35,944 nucleotides of DNA, taken from a virus. Lineage: Duplodnaviria; Caudoviricetes. The position numbers and the translations under genes are program-made. This document shows positions 19,625-28,079 of the stretch, in pieces. A model generated the notes under the pieces. The model searched no databases, had not been told where the DNA came from, and saw nothing but the letters and a program-made list of their open reading frames with translations. The number at the start of each line of letters is the position of its first letter. Positions within the stretch are counted from its first letter, which is position 1. The stretch lies in IMG/VR virus record IMGVR_UViG_3300020044_000715, positions 1-35,944 of that record; one strand, written 5' to 3'.

Positions 19625-20505
19625 TGACCCAAGCCTTTAATCTTTCACAATTAGCAAACAATGTTGATACCAACGGCGACCTAAATGCGGCGGTTGGTTT
19701 GTATAACCAAGTGCCAGTAGCAAATGGCGGCACAGGTTTAGCAACCATTCCAACTGGCACAGTTCTTATTGGCGCTGGTACAAGTGCTGTGTCTACTTTG
19801 TCAGCGGCAACAGCAGGCAATGTGCTCACAGCTAACGGAACAGCTTGGGTATCACAAGCGTCATCAGGCGGCACTCCAATAGTTACAATTTACACATCAC
19901 CATCGCCTTGGACAAAATCCCCCACACTTAAAGCAATTAAGGTAACAATGGTTTCAGGCGGTGGTGGTGGTGGCGCAGGGTCAGGCAATACTCTTTCTAC
20001 TGGTTCGGGCGCTGGCGGCGGTGGTGGTGGCGCAGGGAACGGATATTTTCCTGCGGCTTCTATTCCCGGTCCTCTTACTATTACTGTCGGCGCTGGCGGT
20101 GCGGCAGTTAACGCACCCGGTCCGACTGCTGGTCAAGCTGGTGGAAGTGGCGGCACATCAAGTTTTGGTGCTTTATTTAGCATTACTGGCGGCGGCGGCG
20201 GCGGTGGAACTTTCCCGGGCGCAAGTGCTGGTGGCACGGCTGGCGTTTGCACTCCATCACCGACAATCATAGGAAAAGAGGGATACGCGGGTAGCCCTGC
20301 GCCAGCTGGAAGCGCAAGTGCTGGAGGTTCATCTGCTTTTTATTACGGGGATGGTGGCGCGGCTATACAAACTACAGGAGGCGGTACGGCTGGTCCGGGG
20401 TACGGCGGCGGCGGCGGCGGCGCAAGGTTTGGTTCTTCTACTGGTACACCTACTGTATCTGCAAGTGGTAAAGCGGGTGTGATTGTTGTTGAGGAGTTTT
20501 ATTGA
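19624..20505 (+). CDS. Glycine-rich tail fibre / receptor-binding protein
   Basis: PVANGGTG, GNVLTANGTAW, poly-Gly runs, GVIVVEEFY end. Confidence 0.8.
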   Translation: MTQAFNLSQLANNVDTNGDLNAAVGLYNQVPVANGGTGLATIPTGTVLIGAGTSAVSTLSAATAGNVLTANGTAWVSQASSGGTPIVTIYTSPSPWTKSPTLKAIKVTMVSGGGGGGAGSGNTLSTGSGAGGGGGGAGNGYFPAASIPGPLTITVGAGGAAVNAPGPTAGQAGGSGGTSSFGALFSITGGGGGGGTFPGASAGGTAGVCTPSPTIIGKEGYAGSPAPAGSASAGGSSAFYYGDGGAAIQTTGGGTAGPGYGGGGGGARFGSSTGTPTVSASGKAGVIVVEEFY

Positions 20506-20699
20506 TGAAAGCACTTGTTTCACCTATTGAGCCAAGATACAGCGGTTATAGAATTGCTCAAGTTCAAGATTATGAATTTGAGGTTGCATCACCTTTGTTT
20601 TGGGTCGATTGCAACAATGATGTGTTAGCAGACCAATTTTGGTACGACCCTGCTGACCAAACAATCAAGCCAAACCCACAAGACATTACAGAGGAATAG
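20502..20699 (+). CDS. Small protein after the fibre (putative fibre chaperone); ATG at 20505 likely
   Basis: Coupled to the fibre stop; LFWVDC..D motif. Confidence 0.7.
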   Translation: MMKALVSPIEPRYSGYRIAQVQDYEFEVASPLFWVDCNNDVLADQFWYDPADQTIKPNPQDITEE

Positions 20700-20701
20700 A
20701 T

Positions 20702-21817
20702 ATGTGCGACAAACTCAGCCAATTTGCCGTTGAAAAATATGTGCATTTAAAAGATTTTCTTGCCAAAGAATCATGCGCTGAGTTAACCGAAGAATTAAAG
20801 CGTCTTGTTGCCCAACAAAAGACAACGCAAGACACACAATGTCCAAAGTCGCAAGCCGTACATGGCGCAATGGTCTTTGATAAATTGCTGGTTGACCTAT
20901 TGCCGCACTTTGAACAAGCATCAGGCAAGCGGCTGTATCCAACTTATTCTTATGCAAGGCTATATGCCCCGCATGAGGTTTTAGCGTGCCATACAGACCG
21001 CGAAAGCTGTGAGATAAGCGCCACTATTACCCTTGGCTTTGAGGGCGCTGTGTGGGACATTTACATGGGCGATGAGGGCAAGCAGAACGCAAGCCGCATT
21101 GACATGGCTGTGGGCGATGCTGTGCTTTATCGCGGCATAGACAAACATCATTGGCGTGAAGAATACACCGAGGGCAAATGGCAAGCCCAAGTGTTTCTGC
21201 ATTACGTTGACGCTGATGGCAAATATGCTGATTGGAAGTTTGACAAACGACCCGCACTTAACTTGCCACCGCCCGAAGAATTGCGCCATTGGGTCTACAC
21301 CGACATATTGACAAGCGATGCCTGCGATTCGTTAATCAGGCTTTACACCAAGGACGAAATACCCAAAGAGCCGCCTGTAATTGGAAGCGGCGAGGGTGCG
21401 ATTAACTTAGAAGTGCGAAATGTTAAGCGGGTTATGTTGCCAACATACAAAGATATTGGCGGCAGACTTGCGGCGGCAGGCTTGGCGGCTAACCATCAAG
21501 CGTGGAAGTTTGACATTACCCATGCCAACCAAGCTGAGTTTTTAGCTTACCCTGCTGGCGGTCGTTACCAAGCCCATGTAGACACCTTTATCCAACACGG
21601 CGATGAGTGCCGCAAGTTGACTGTATTAGCGTTCCTCAACGATAATTTCAAGGGTGGAAAGTTCTTCTTGCAGAATGGTCAAGACAAATACTATCCACCT
21701 CAAAGCAAGGGAACTGTGCTTGTGTTTCCATCGTTCATCATGCACGGCGTTGAAGATGTGACAGAGGGCGAAAGATACAGCGTAGTTTGTTGGATGGTCG
21801 GAAAATTCTTTAGGTAA
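20702..21817 (+). CDS. Two-domain 2OG-Fe(II) oxygenase (prolyl-hydroxylase/PKHD-like)
   Basis: Domain 1 HTD...HWR; domain 2 HVD...FKGG...FPS..HGV...RYSVVCW. Confidence 0.9.
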   Translation: MCDKLSQFAVEKYVHLKDFLAKESCAELTEELKRLVAQQKTTQDTQCPKSQAVHGAMVFDKLLVDLLPHFEQASGKRLYPTYSYARLYAPHEVLACHTDRESCEISATITLGFEGAVWDIYMGDEGKQNASRIDMAVGDAVLYRGIDKHHWREEYTEGKWQAQVFLHYVDADGKYADWKFDKRPALNLPPPEELRHWVYTDILTSDACDSLIRLYTKDEIPKEPPVIGSGEGAINLEVRNVKRVMLPTYKDIGGRLAAAGLAANHQAWKFDITHANQAEFLAYPAGGRYQAHVDTFIQHGDECRKLTVLAFLNDNFKGGKFFLQNGQDKYYPPQSKGTVLVFPSFIMHGVEDVTEGERYSVVCWMVGKFFR

Positions 21818-21821
21818 CAAA

Positions 21822-22097
21822 ATGACTTCACCCATTAAAGCTGTCCGCAATATTACAGATGAAGAATTAAAAGAGATGTTGCGCGAGGCGGCAGAGTGGG
21901 GCGCAAAGAGGGCATTGGCTGACATTGGCTTGCACGATGATGAGGCAGGCACAGATGTTAAGGAATTGCGTGGCTTGCTTGAGTCATGGCGCGATGCCAA
22001 GCAAACAGCGTTCAAGACTTTTGTTAGCTGGCTTACCAAGGGTTTTCTCATACTGATTATTGGCGGCGCTTGGTTTTACCTTAACAAAAAGGGGTAG
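21822..22097 (+). CDS. Membrane protein (holin-like, C-terminal TM)
   Basis: One C-terminal hydrophobic helix; first gene of the lysis region. Confidence 0.7.
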   Translation: MTSPIKAVRNITDEELKEMLREAAEWGAKRALADIGLHDDEAGTDVKELRGLLESWRDAKQTAFKTFVSWLTKGFLILIIGGAWFYLNKKG

Positions 22098-22100
22098 AAA

Positions 22101-22640
22101 ATTGACCCGTTCACCCTTGCATTAACCGCTATTGCGGCAATCAAGCAAGGCGTAGCACTTTATAAAGACATCAAACAAACTGGCGGTGAAGTCCACAAAA
22201 TCACCAAAGAGATTTCGGGCTATATAGGACAATTCTTTGAGGCGCACGAGGAAGTCAAAAAGGAAGCCGAAGAACAAAAGCGCAATCCACCCAAGAACAA
22301 ATCCATGCAGGCGCAGGCATTGGAAAATGTGTTCAATCAAATAGAATTAGAACGCCAAGCAGTCGAGTTGCGCGAGTTTCTTATCTATCACGTTGACCCT
22401 GCGCTTGGTGCGGTGTGGACACGATACGAGGAAGAATTTGCAAGGCTACGCGAGGAGGCAGAAAAGGAACGTCTTGAGGCTGAAGCAAAAGCGAGGCAAG
22501 CAACATGGCAACGCAAAAAAATGTTAAGCAACCTACAAGACAAGGCACTAATAATCGGCGCGGTGATGATAGTTATTACATACCTCCACCTCCTGTTCCT
22601 AGCAATCCGACAAATGAGGATAGCGAAGTGGGGTTCATAA
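22101..22640 (+). CDS. Coiled-coil membrane protein with probable ATT start (M/IDPFTLALTA...)
   Basis: Frame open for 68 codons upstream of ATG 22305; SD-like AAGGGG; C-terminal TM. Confidence 0.7.
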   Translation: MDPFTLALTAIAAIKQGVALYKDIKQTGGEVHKITKEISGYIGQFFEAHEEVKKEAEEQKRNPPKNKSMQAQALENVFNQIELERQAVELREFLIYHVDPALGAVWTRYEEEFARLREEAEKERLEAEAKARQATWQRKKMLSNLQDKALIIGAVMIVITYLHLLFLAIRQMRIAKWGS

Positions 22641-22825
22641 TTGCATTCATCAGCATGGTCATTGTTTTTGGTATTCTTTTGCCGATAATGGGGTCTATGT
22701 ATTTGGACATACTGGAAGCCAAGCAAGAAACAAAGCGACAGCAAGAAGTAATGCAAAGAATGATTAACAAGCAGAAAGGGAATGATGGACAACCTACTCA
22801 ACCTATTGAAAAGCGTAGCCCCTAG
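22628..22825 (+). CDS. Small membrane protein (N-terminal TM plus coil; lysis accessory candidate)
   Basis: GAGGA SD before GTG 22628; hydrophobic N-terminus. Confidence 0.6.
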   Translation: MGFIIAFISMVIVFGILLPIMGSMYLDILEAKQETKRQQEVMQRMINKQKGNDGQPTQPIEKRSP

Positions 22826-23279
22826 TTTGGCGACTGCCGTTGCCGGTCCACTTGGCGGTGTTGCAGTCAAAGCCATTGCCGACAAATTTGGCGTGGCTGA
22901 CAGCGTGGAAAGCGTTGCTAAAGCGATTGCTGGCGACCCCGAAGCCGCAATGAAGCTGGCTGAAATTGACTTAAAACAATTTGAGTTAGAAAACGCTGAC
23001 CGCGCTTCTGCAAGGCATATGCAGGAAGTTGCGTTAGTTCAAGACGATGTGTTTAGCAAGCATTTCATTTACTGGTTTGCTTGGTTTTGGGCGGTTGCAT
23101 CATGCTCATACTTTGCGGCAGTTACTTTCCTGCCAATCCCTGAAGACAACACCCATTTTGCTGACATTATTTTGGGTTTCTTGTTGGGTACAGCGGTGGC
23201 AACAATAATTAGTTTCTTTTTTGGCTCAAGCAAATCAAGCAAAGACAAGACCGACACCATGAAAGGGATGATGAAATGA
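22782..23279 (+). CDS. Putative holin
   Basis: DRASAR motif, two TMs, FFFGSS; directly before the endolysin. Confidence 0.75.
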   Translation: MMDNLLNLLKSVAPSLATAVAGPLGGVAVKAIADKFGVADSVESVAKAIAGDPEAAMKLAEIDLKQFELENADRASARHMQEVALVQDDVFSKHFIYWFAWFWAVASCSYFAAVTFLPIPEDNTHFADIILGFLLGTAVATIISFFFGSSKSSKDKTDTMKGMMK

Positions 23280-23785
23280 TGACCAACTTTGATGACGCAT
23301 TGAAAGCCCTGCTTAAGCATGAGGGGGGTTATGTCTTCCATAAACTCGACCCCGGCGGCATGACCAACTTGGGCGTTACAAAAAAGGTTTGGGAAGAATG
23401 GGTAGGTCACGCAGTGACTGAAGAAGATATGCGAGCCTTAACACCCGAAATGGTTGCACCGCTGTACAAGGCAAAGTATTGGGACAAGGTTTATGGCGAC
23501 AAGTTACCGCATGGCGTTGACTTGTGCGTGTTTGACTGCGCTGTGAATAGCGGCGTAAGTCGTGCCGCAAAGCTACTACAACGTGCTGTGGGCGTAGATG
23601 ACGATGGGGTAATAGGCAACATGACCCTGACAGCTTGCGAAGCCGTAGCGCCTGATTTAATCATTCAGAGATTCAGCGAAGAACGGCTAGCATTCTTACA
23701 AGCCCTGCCAACTTTTGCCACATTTGGCAAAGGCTGGTCAAGGCGTGTAGCCGAGGTAGAAACCCAAGCGCAAAACTTAGCTTAA
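23276..23785 (+). CDS. Endolysin, glycoside hydrolase family 108 with peptidoglycan-binding domain
   Basis: HEGGY, DPGGMTNLGVT, FDCAVNSG, DGVIG, FGKGWSRR. Confidence 0.95.
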   Translation: MMTNFDDALKALLKHEGGYVFHKLDPGGMTNLGVTKKVWEEWVGHAVTEEDMRALTPEMVAPLYKAKYWDKVYGDKLPHGVDLCVFDCAVNSGVSRAAKLLQRAVGVDDDGVIGNMTLTACEAVAPDLIIQRFSEERLAFLQALPTFATFGKGWSRRVAEVETQAQNLA

Positions 23786-23889
23786 TTGCGGTCTGAGTCT
23801 TGCAGATGTGCAAGCAGATACGCAAGGCAAATAAAGGTTGCAATCGTGATTACTCCACCAATCACAAGAGCAAGAATTGTTGCAATCAT
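23782..23889 (-). CDS. Small membrane peptide (35 aa, MIATILALVIGG...)
   Basis: Own translation; AGGAG SD; ATGA overlap with upstream gene. Confidence 0.6.
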   Translation of the reverse strand: MIATILALVIGGVITIATFICLAYLLAHLQDSDRN

Positions 23890-24074
23890 TTTTTCTCCTT
23901 TTGGTCTCTTGCGGTGCTGTAAATCGTAATGGACTTTTTCTTGGCTAAGTTTTCAACCAATTTTTCCCTTGCGGTTTGCGTAGACTTTACACCGATAACA
24001 TGATTTCGCAAGTCTTTATCTGTGCTGTAAATGCTTGGCTCACCTCGCCAATCAAAGGCTGTTTTCTGTTTCAT
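23886..24074 (-). CDS. Hypothetical protein
   Basis: ORF in the packed minus-strand operon. Confidence 0.65.
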   Translation of the reverse strand: MKQKTAFDWRGEPSIYSTDKDLRNHVIGVKSTQTAREKLVENLAKKKSITIYSTARDQKEKK

Positions 24075-24297
24075 TATTTCGCGCTTTCGCATTTTTGTCT
24101 CTGATTTTTTCTAAATCTTCTTTGACGCTTTCAGTATACATATTCAGCGCCAAACCATAAGCAGAGAAAGTACCGCCTTGGCTTCTGTCCATCATTTCGT
24201 TAAGCGCGGCTTCATAGCCAGCAACAAACATTAGGCGATTTAAACTGTTTTTTAATTCGTCTTTAAAGATTCTGTCAAAGTGTTCATTTGCTGTCAT
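24052..24297 (-). CDS. Hypothetical protein
   Basis: AAGGA SD before ATG 24297. Confidence 0.7.
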   Translation of the reverse strand: MTANEHFDRIFKDELKNSLNRLMFVAGYEAALNEMMDRSQGGTFSAYGLALNMYTESVKEDLEKIRDKNAKARNNETENSL

Positions 24298-24307
24298 GTT
24301 TTTTTCC

Positions 24308-24457
24308 TTAATATATGCCACGCATTTCCCAACCCATTAAAAAATAATTCCAACGAGTTTGCATAGCTGGCACGTTGTACCTACCTTTTGTTTCGCTGAA
24401 GTCTGTATAGCCTTTGGCTCGCATCATGGCTTCAAATACTTTTTGTGCTTTGCTCAT
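24308..24457 (-). CDS. Hypothetical protein (MSKAQKVFEA...)
   Basis: GGAG SD, ATGA overlap. Confidence 0.7.
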   Translation of the reverse strand: MSKAQKVFEAMMRAKGYTDFSETKGRYNVPAMQTRWNYFLMGWEMRGIY

Positions 24458-24609
24458 GTGTTTTTCTCCAAAACAATTGCTTCCAGTTTCTTTACCGCTA
24501 CGCAAAGGTCATCATGCAAATAATCAGGAAGCATATTTTTTGTACTGAATGCCCATGACTCCAATGCTGACAATAATTTAATGATGTTGAGTGCTTCTTT
24601 TTTTGTCAT
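24454..24609 (-). CDS. Hypothetical protein (51 aa, MTKKEALNIIK...)
   Basis: Own translation; AAGGA SD; ATGA overlaps at both ends. Confidence 0.7.
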   Translation of the reverse strand: MTKKEALNIIKLLSALESWAFSTKNMLPDYLHDDLCVAVKKLEAIVLEKNT

Positions 24610-24848
24610 GTGTTGTTTTCCTTTAATTGTCTTTCGGTAGAACCAACTGCTTCATCAACTGTTACACATGATGAATTAATTGCTATATATTGTTCCAGCG
24701 TCAGCCCTACCCATCTGCGTTGTGCTTTTGCTTGCCAGTAGTGAACGTCACACAAATCGCCTTGGTCAATGTCATCCATGTATAAGTTAAAGGCGTAGCT
24801 TCCGCAATTAAAACTATCTTGTTTAACGTGTTTGCATCTTTTATTCAT
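24606..24848 (-). CDS. Hypothetical protein, Cys motifs plus WVGLT C-terminal module
   Basis: ORF track; shared module with neighbour. Confidence 0.7.
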   Translation of the reverse strand: MNKRCKHVKQDSFNCGSYAFNLYMDDIDQGDLCDVHYWQAKAQRRWVGLTLEQYIAINSSCVTVDEAVGSTERQLKENNT

Positions 24849-25269
24849 TGTTATTCTGCTTGAGTTTGGCTTCAGTCATACGGATAGCACCATCGATATA
24901 CACAGATTGCCTTTCAATTTCTTTGCGTTGTTGCTCCGTCAACCCTACCCATGTGCGCTGTGGTGGGGCAACAAATTTCATCGTATTGGCTGGCATGGAT
25001 GGGTCAATGACCACATCAAATCCTAAGCACTGCTCTGTGCGCTGTGGTGGGGTGGTGTACTCAATCTGAATGTTCAACTTATCTGAGCAACCACAGCGAT
25101 GACACCGAAGCAACATATTGCTTGTTTTCAGTTTCACCACAGGCTCTTGCGTCTGTGCCAAGGCTCGTAATGTTGCGGAAATTTCTTTTAATAATTCCAG
25201 CGGAAGGCTTTCATCATTGCTATCAAAGTGCTCAATAATCTCTGCCAGCTTCAATGCTTCTTGTGTCAT
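24841..25269 (-). CDS. Modular hypothetical protein (MTQEALKLA...PQRTWVGLT)
   Basis: AGGAG SD, ATGA overlap; CxxC insert. Confidence 0.7.
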   Translation of the reverse strand: MTQEALKLAEIIEHFDSNDESLPLELLKEISATLRALAQTQEPVVKLKTSNMLLRCHRCGCSDKLNIQIEYTTPPQRTEQCLGFDVVIDPSMPANTMKFVAPPQRTWVGLTEQQRKEIERQSVYIDGAIRMTEAKLKQNNNE

Positions 25270-25484
25270 GCTTGTTCTCCTACAACCCAAACAGCTTTAC
25301 CACCAGTGGCTTCAAACTCATCAAACCTCAAGCGGATGTACTGCTGTCCCGACACACCAGCAGATTGCACATACCCTTGAATGCCCCAAGTTTTTACTTC
25401 TGTCACCATTACCATGCAGGCTCCAAACATTTCTTTATCGGGAGTAACTTGCACAATGTCTCCAACTTTTAAATCTTGTGTCAT
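25266..25484 (-). CDS. Hypothetical SH3/KOW-like small protein
   Basis: LKVGDIVQV motif. Confidence 0.7.
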   Translation of the reverse strand: MTQDLKVGDIVQVTPDKEMFGACMVMVTEVKTWGIQGYVQSAGVSGQQYIRLRFDEFEATGGKAVWVVGEQA

Positions 25485-25639
25485 ACATTACCTTTTAAAT
25501 CATCGTATGTAATTACATAAAAAAGCCAATACCACATGGCACGTTCATTTCTTTGAATATTGTGAAAACAATCTAAAGCAGATGCCAAGCCCATTTCTTT
25601 GTTGTATTTGTCTTTCTTTTTTTGTTTTTTCTTGCTCAT
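25481..25639 (-). CDS. Hypothetical protein
   Basis: ATGA overlaps at both ends. Confidence 0.6.
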   Translation of the reverse strand: MSKKKQKKKDKYNKEMGLASALDCFHNIQRNERAMWYWLFYVITYDDLKGNV

Positions 25640-25743
25640 ATCAAACCCCATCCCCACATAAAAAAGATACTGTAAATCTTTGCCACAAAGCCAAGCACGA
25701 TGACCCAAAACAAAGACAGAAAAATTGTTGTTAAGTGTTTCAT
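25636..25743 (-). CDS. Small membrane peptide (35 aa, MKHLTTIFLSLFW...)
   Basis: Own translation; ATGA overlaps at both ends. Confidence 0.6.
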   Translation of the reverse strand: MKHLTTIFLSLFWVIVLGFVAKIYSIFFMWGWGLI

Positions 25744-26072
25744 CGTGTTAACCCATCCTGCAATGCTCTATGCGCTGTGCGGTATTCAAACAAATCAGCG
25801 TGTCTTGGGTTAAGTATTGCAAACAGCCTTGCAAGGTAAGGGCTAATGTTGTTATTGATTTTCCAGCCATCTACGCCTTGCTCAGAAAGCGCAGAGTGAT
25901 GCCGCAATACATGGATGATGGTTCGGGCTGAATAGTGCTTAAAACCCGCTTTAATGACCTTGTACGCCTCTTGTTCAAACGCCATCCAAATGTGGGCATT
26001 CTCAGGAATCCAGCGTAGGAATTCATCGCTGAATTGTTCTTTGTGTTCATGTGCAATATTTTCAATGTTCAT
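25740..26072 (-). CDS. Phage hypothetical protein
   Basis: Strong AAGGA SD; HYSART...KINNN motif. Confidence 0.8.
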   Translation of the reverse strand: MNIENIAHEHKEQFSDEFLRWIPENAHIWMAFEQEAYKVIKAGFKHYSARTIIHVLRHHSALSEQGVDGWKINNNISPYLARLFAILNPRHADLFEYRTAHRALQDGLTR

Positions 26073-26123
26073 TTTTCAATCCTTTTTAATTTGGCGACTT
26101 ACTGATTGCTCATGCGCAGATTT

Positions 26124-26273
26124 TCAATAACAGTTTGTGGTGCAGTTGTTTCCATAACAACAAGTGGTGCACGTCACCATTCGACCATCTACATAATATG
26201 TATGAGTTGAACAGGCGGCATAAACCATTGTGGTGCTGGCGGCAAACCAAAGGGCAAGCAATACTTCTTTCAT
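26124..26273 (-). CDS. Secreted six-Cys peptide (49 aa)
   Basis: Own translation MKEVLLALWFAASTTMVYAACSTHTYYVDGRMVTCTTCCYGNNCTTNCY; AAGGA SD. Confidence 0.75.
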   Translation of the reverse strand: MKEVLLALWFAASTTMVYAACSTHTYYVDGRMVTCTTCCYGNNCTTNCY

Positions 26274-26284
26274 GTTATGTCCTT

Positions 26285-26539
26285 TCAAAATGGAATAGAA
26301 GAATCGTCATCGGGAATATCGCGGTTGCGATTGGGTCTAGGTTCAGCCTTTGGCTTATCCTTGTCGTATGGCTCATTGATATACGCATAGCCGTTCCATT
26401 CAAGCGGAATTAAATCCAGCTTCAACATCGGACCATGTTTGCTGTCAATGATTGCACCAATCTTTTGGTACTTCTTTTTTGTTTCGCCTTGTGCGTTAAC
26501 GTATTCGCCAAGCACGGCGGTCACTTCTTTGAAAGCCAT
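26285..26539 (-). CDS. Small SSB-like protein
   Basis: Acidic C-terminal DDDSSIPF tail; follows ERF. Confidence 0.7.
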   Translation of the reverse strand: MAFKEVTAVLGEYVNAQGETKKKYQKIGAIIDSKHGPMLKLDLIPLEWNGYAYINEPYDKDKPKAEPRPNRNRDIPDDDSSIPF

Positions 26540-27156
26540 TATTTATTTTCCTTTGCTAATTCAGCTTGCTTCTTTATTGCACTTCTTACTTTGCTATCCA
26601 GTTTTGACCAAAGAGCAATCTTTTCATCGGCATCCTCAATGCCTGTATATTCTTCATACGCACCATGTACATCATCGGCAACAATCTTTTGCATGATTGC
26701 ATCCATGACAGCTTGCACAACTGCTTGGCGGTCAGGCGTTAACCCATCCCATGCGCCTTGTGTGGGCGATATGCGAGGCGTTGACTTACTGGCGGCGTTG
26801 CCATCGTCATCTTCGGGCGCTATGCCGCACGATGCCATCAAGCTATACCGCCTTGCATACGTTAATGCGCTTGCGTATCCTTGCGGGTCTTTTTTGACCG
26901 CAGGGAAATGCACAATGCCGCACTCTAAAGTCTCGCCTGATTCATGGACAAAAACAGTTTCCACCATCACGCCATCGGCACAGTCATAATTCTTTTGCAA
27001 CAAATAAATCCCATTGTTGTTAAGTGCCTCTATGACTGCTTCAATGCAAGCATCCAGCGCGGCATACTTACTGCGGAAATGCGGGTTGGTGCTGGTCTTT
27101 AATGCTGGCTGAAATTGCTTTTGCGCTTTAACCAAAGCTGTGGCTATATTTTTCAT
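26539..27156 (-). CDS. erf: ERF-family single-strand annealing recombinase
   Basis: NPHFRSKYA, QGYASALTYARRYSL, EDDDGN. Confidence 0.93.
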   Translation of the reverse strand: MKNIATALVKAQKQFQPALKTSTNPHFRSKYAALDACIEAVIEALNNNGIYLLQKNYDCADGVMVETVFVHESGETLECGIVHFPAVKKDPQGYASALTYARRYSLMASCGIAPEDDDGNAASKSTPRISPTQGAWDGLTPDRQAVVQAVMDAIMQKIVADDVHGAYEEYTGIEDADEKIALWSKLDSKVRSAIKKQAELAKENK

Positions 27157-27351
27157 TCAATTATCCTTTTCAATTAAATGGCGGTTAAGCGCCAAGATTT
27201 CGTCTTTGTGGTTTTCAATTTCTTGGCAAAGAGTCTTGATGTAACCCTCCAACATTCCGACACGATATGCCAAGCGGTCTTCTGCTACGGCATCCCGATA
27301 CGCAATGTCGCTGGTTTGCTTTGCATGGTTAATCAAATAATCAGCATTCAT
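27157..27351 (-). CDS. Hypothetical protein
   Basis: Packed ORF. Confidence 0.7.
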   Translation of the reverse strand: MNADYLINHAKQTSDIAYRDAVAEDRLAYRVGMLEGYIKTLCQEIENHKDEILALNRHLIEKDN

Positions 27352-27557
27352 TTTGTTCCAATTAAAAATTTTAAAAAAGCAAAAATCCCGATGATGTAAG
27401 ACACAAACAAAGCCCAGTTATGCGAGGGCTTAATACCCAACAACACAGCTTGCCAATGCTCATCTTCGGCGGTCATACGCACCCTTGCGGGTGGCGTGTA
27501 GGACGAACCAATCTTTAGACCAGTTCGCGTGGTGTAGCAAAGATTATTTGAAGTCAT
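27348..27557 (-). CDS. Hypothetical membrane protein (YTTRTGLKIG)
   Basis: Internal ATG of the listed ORF; C-terminal TM. Confidence 0.65.
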   Translation of the reverse strand: MTSNNLCYTTRTGLKIGSSYTPPARVRMTAEDEHWQAVLLGIKPSHNWALFVSYIIGIFAFLKFLIGTK

Positions 27558-27801
27558 GGTCTGATTGCCATTGTGCGATGGCGGCATCAACTTCTGAATC
27601 TTTGCAGATTTGTCGCCAATCGTCTTTGACTTGCGTTTCGATTTGGTGCTGGTCGCTAGAACTGAGGTCATCCCAAATATCCTTTCCGTCTTTATAAGCA
27701 GATATTTCAAACTCTATATCGCCGTAATCATCGTAGTCAACTGGCTCATATTCCACAGTAATGGTTTCGCCATCTTCAAGGTCAAAATCAAATTCGTTCA
27801 T
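27544..27801 (-). CDS. Highly acidic small protein
   Basis: GGAG SD; Asp/Glu-rich. Confidence 0.75.
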   Translation of the reverse strand: MNEFDFDLEDGETITVEYEPVDYDDYGDIEFEISAYKDGKDIWDDLSSSDQHQIETQVKDDWRQICKDSEVDAAIAQWQSDHDFK

Positions 27802-28079
27802 GTTGATTCTCCAAGTGCTTTAGCAATAGCATTTTTTGCCAAAACAAATTCACTTGTTGCCCTATCAGCTACTCTTAACACAGCTTGTAATGCTTCTAAC
27901 AAATCAGGCGCGGCGGCAATTAACTCAGCATTGGCTTCAAATTCATCATTGCGCTGTGCTGTATATGGAAGAACAACTCTCGCAATTTTTTCAGCATTAG
28001 CATAGATAAAAATATCTTTTAATTCTGTGGATTTAACTGTGCGATGCACAGTCCATTTGCCTGATGTGTATTTGCTCAT
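27798..28079 (-). CDS. Hypothetical protein (NAELIAAAPDLLEAL module)
   Basis: Common phage early-gene motif; AAGGAG SD. Confidence 0.8.
   Translation of the reverse strand: MSKYTSGKWTVHRTVKSTELKDIFIYANAEKIARVVLPYTAQRNDEFEANAELIAAAPDLLEALQAVLRVADRATSEFVLAKNAIAKALGEST

Noticed and set aside
19950-20430. GGC/GGT tandem repeats
   Set aside because: Poly-Gly codons of the fibre protein, not a separate repeat element
26085-26123. Short intergenic stretch possibly structured
   Set aside because: No convincing stem found
26435-26989. Long plus-strand ORF (184 aa) and other antisense ORFs throughout the window
   Set aside because: Shadow frames of well-supported genes such as ERF
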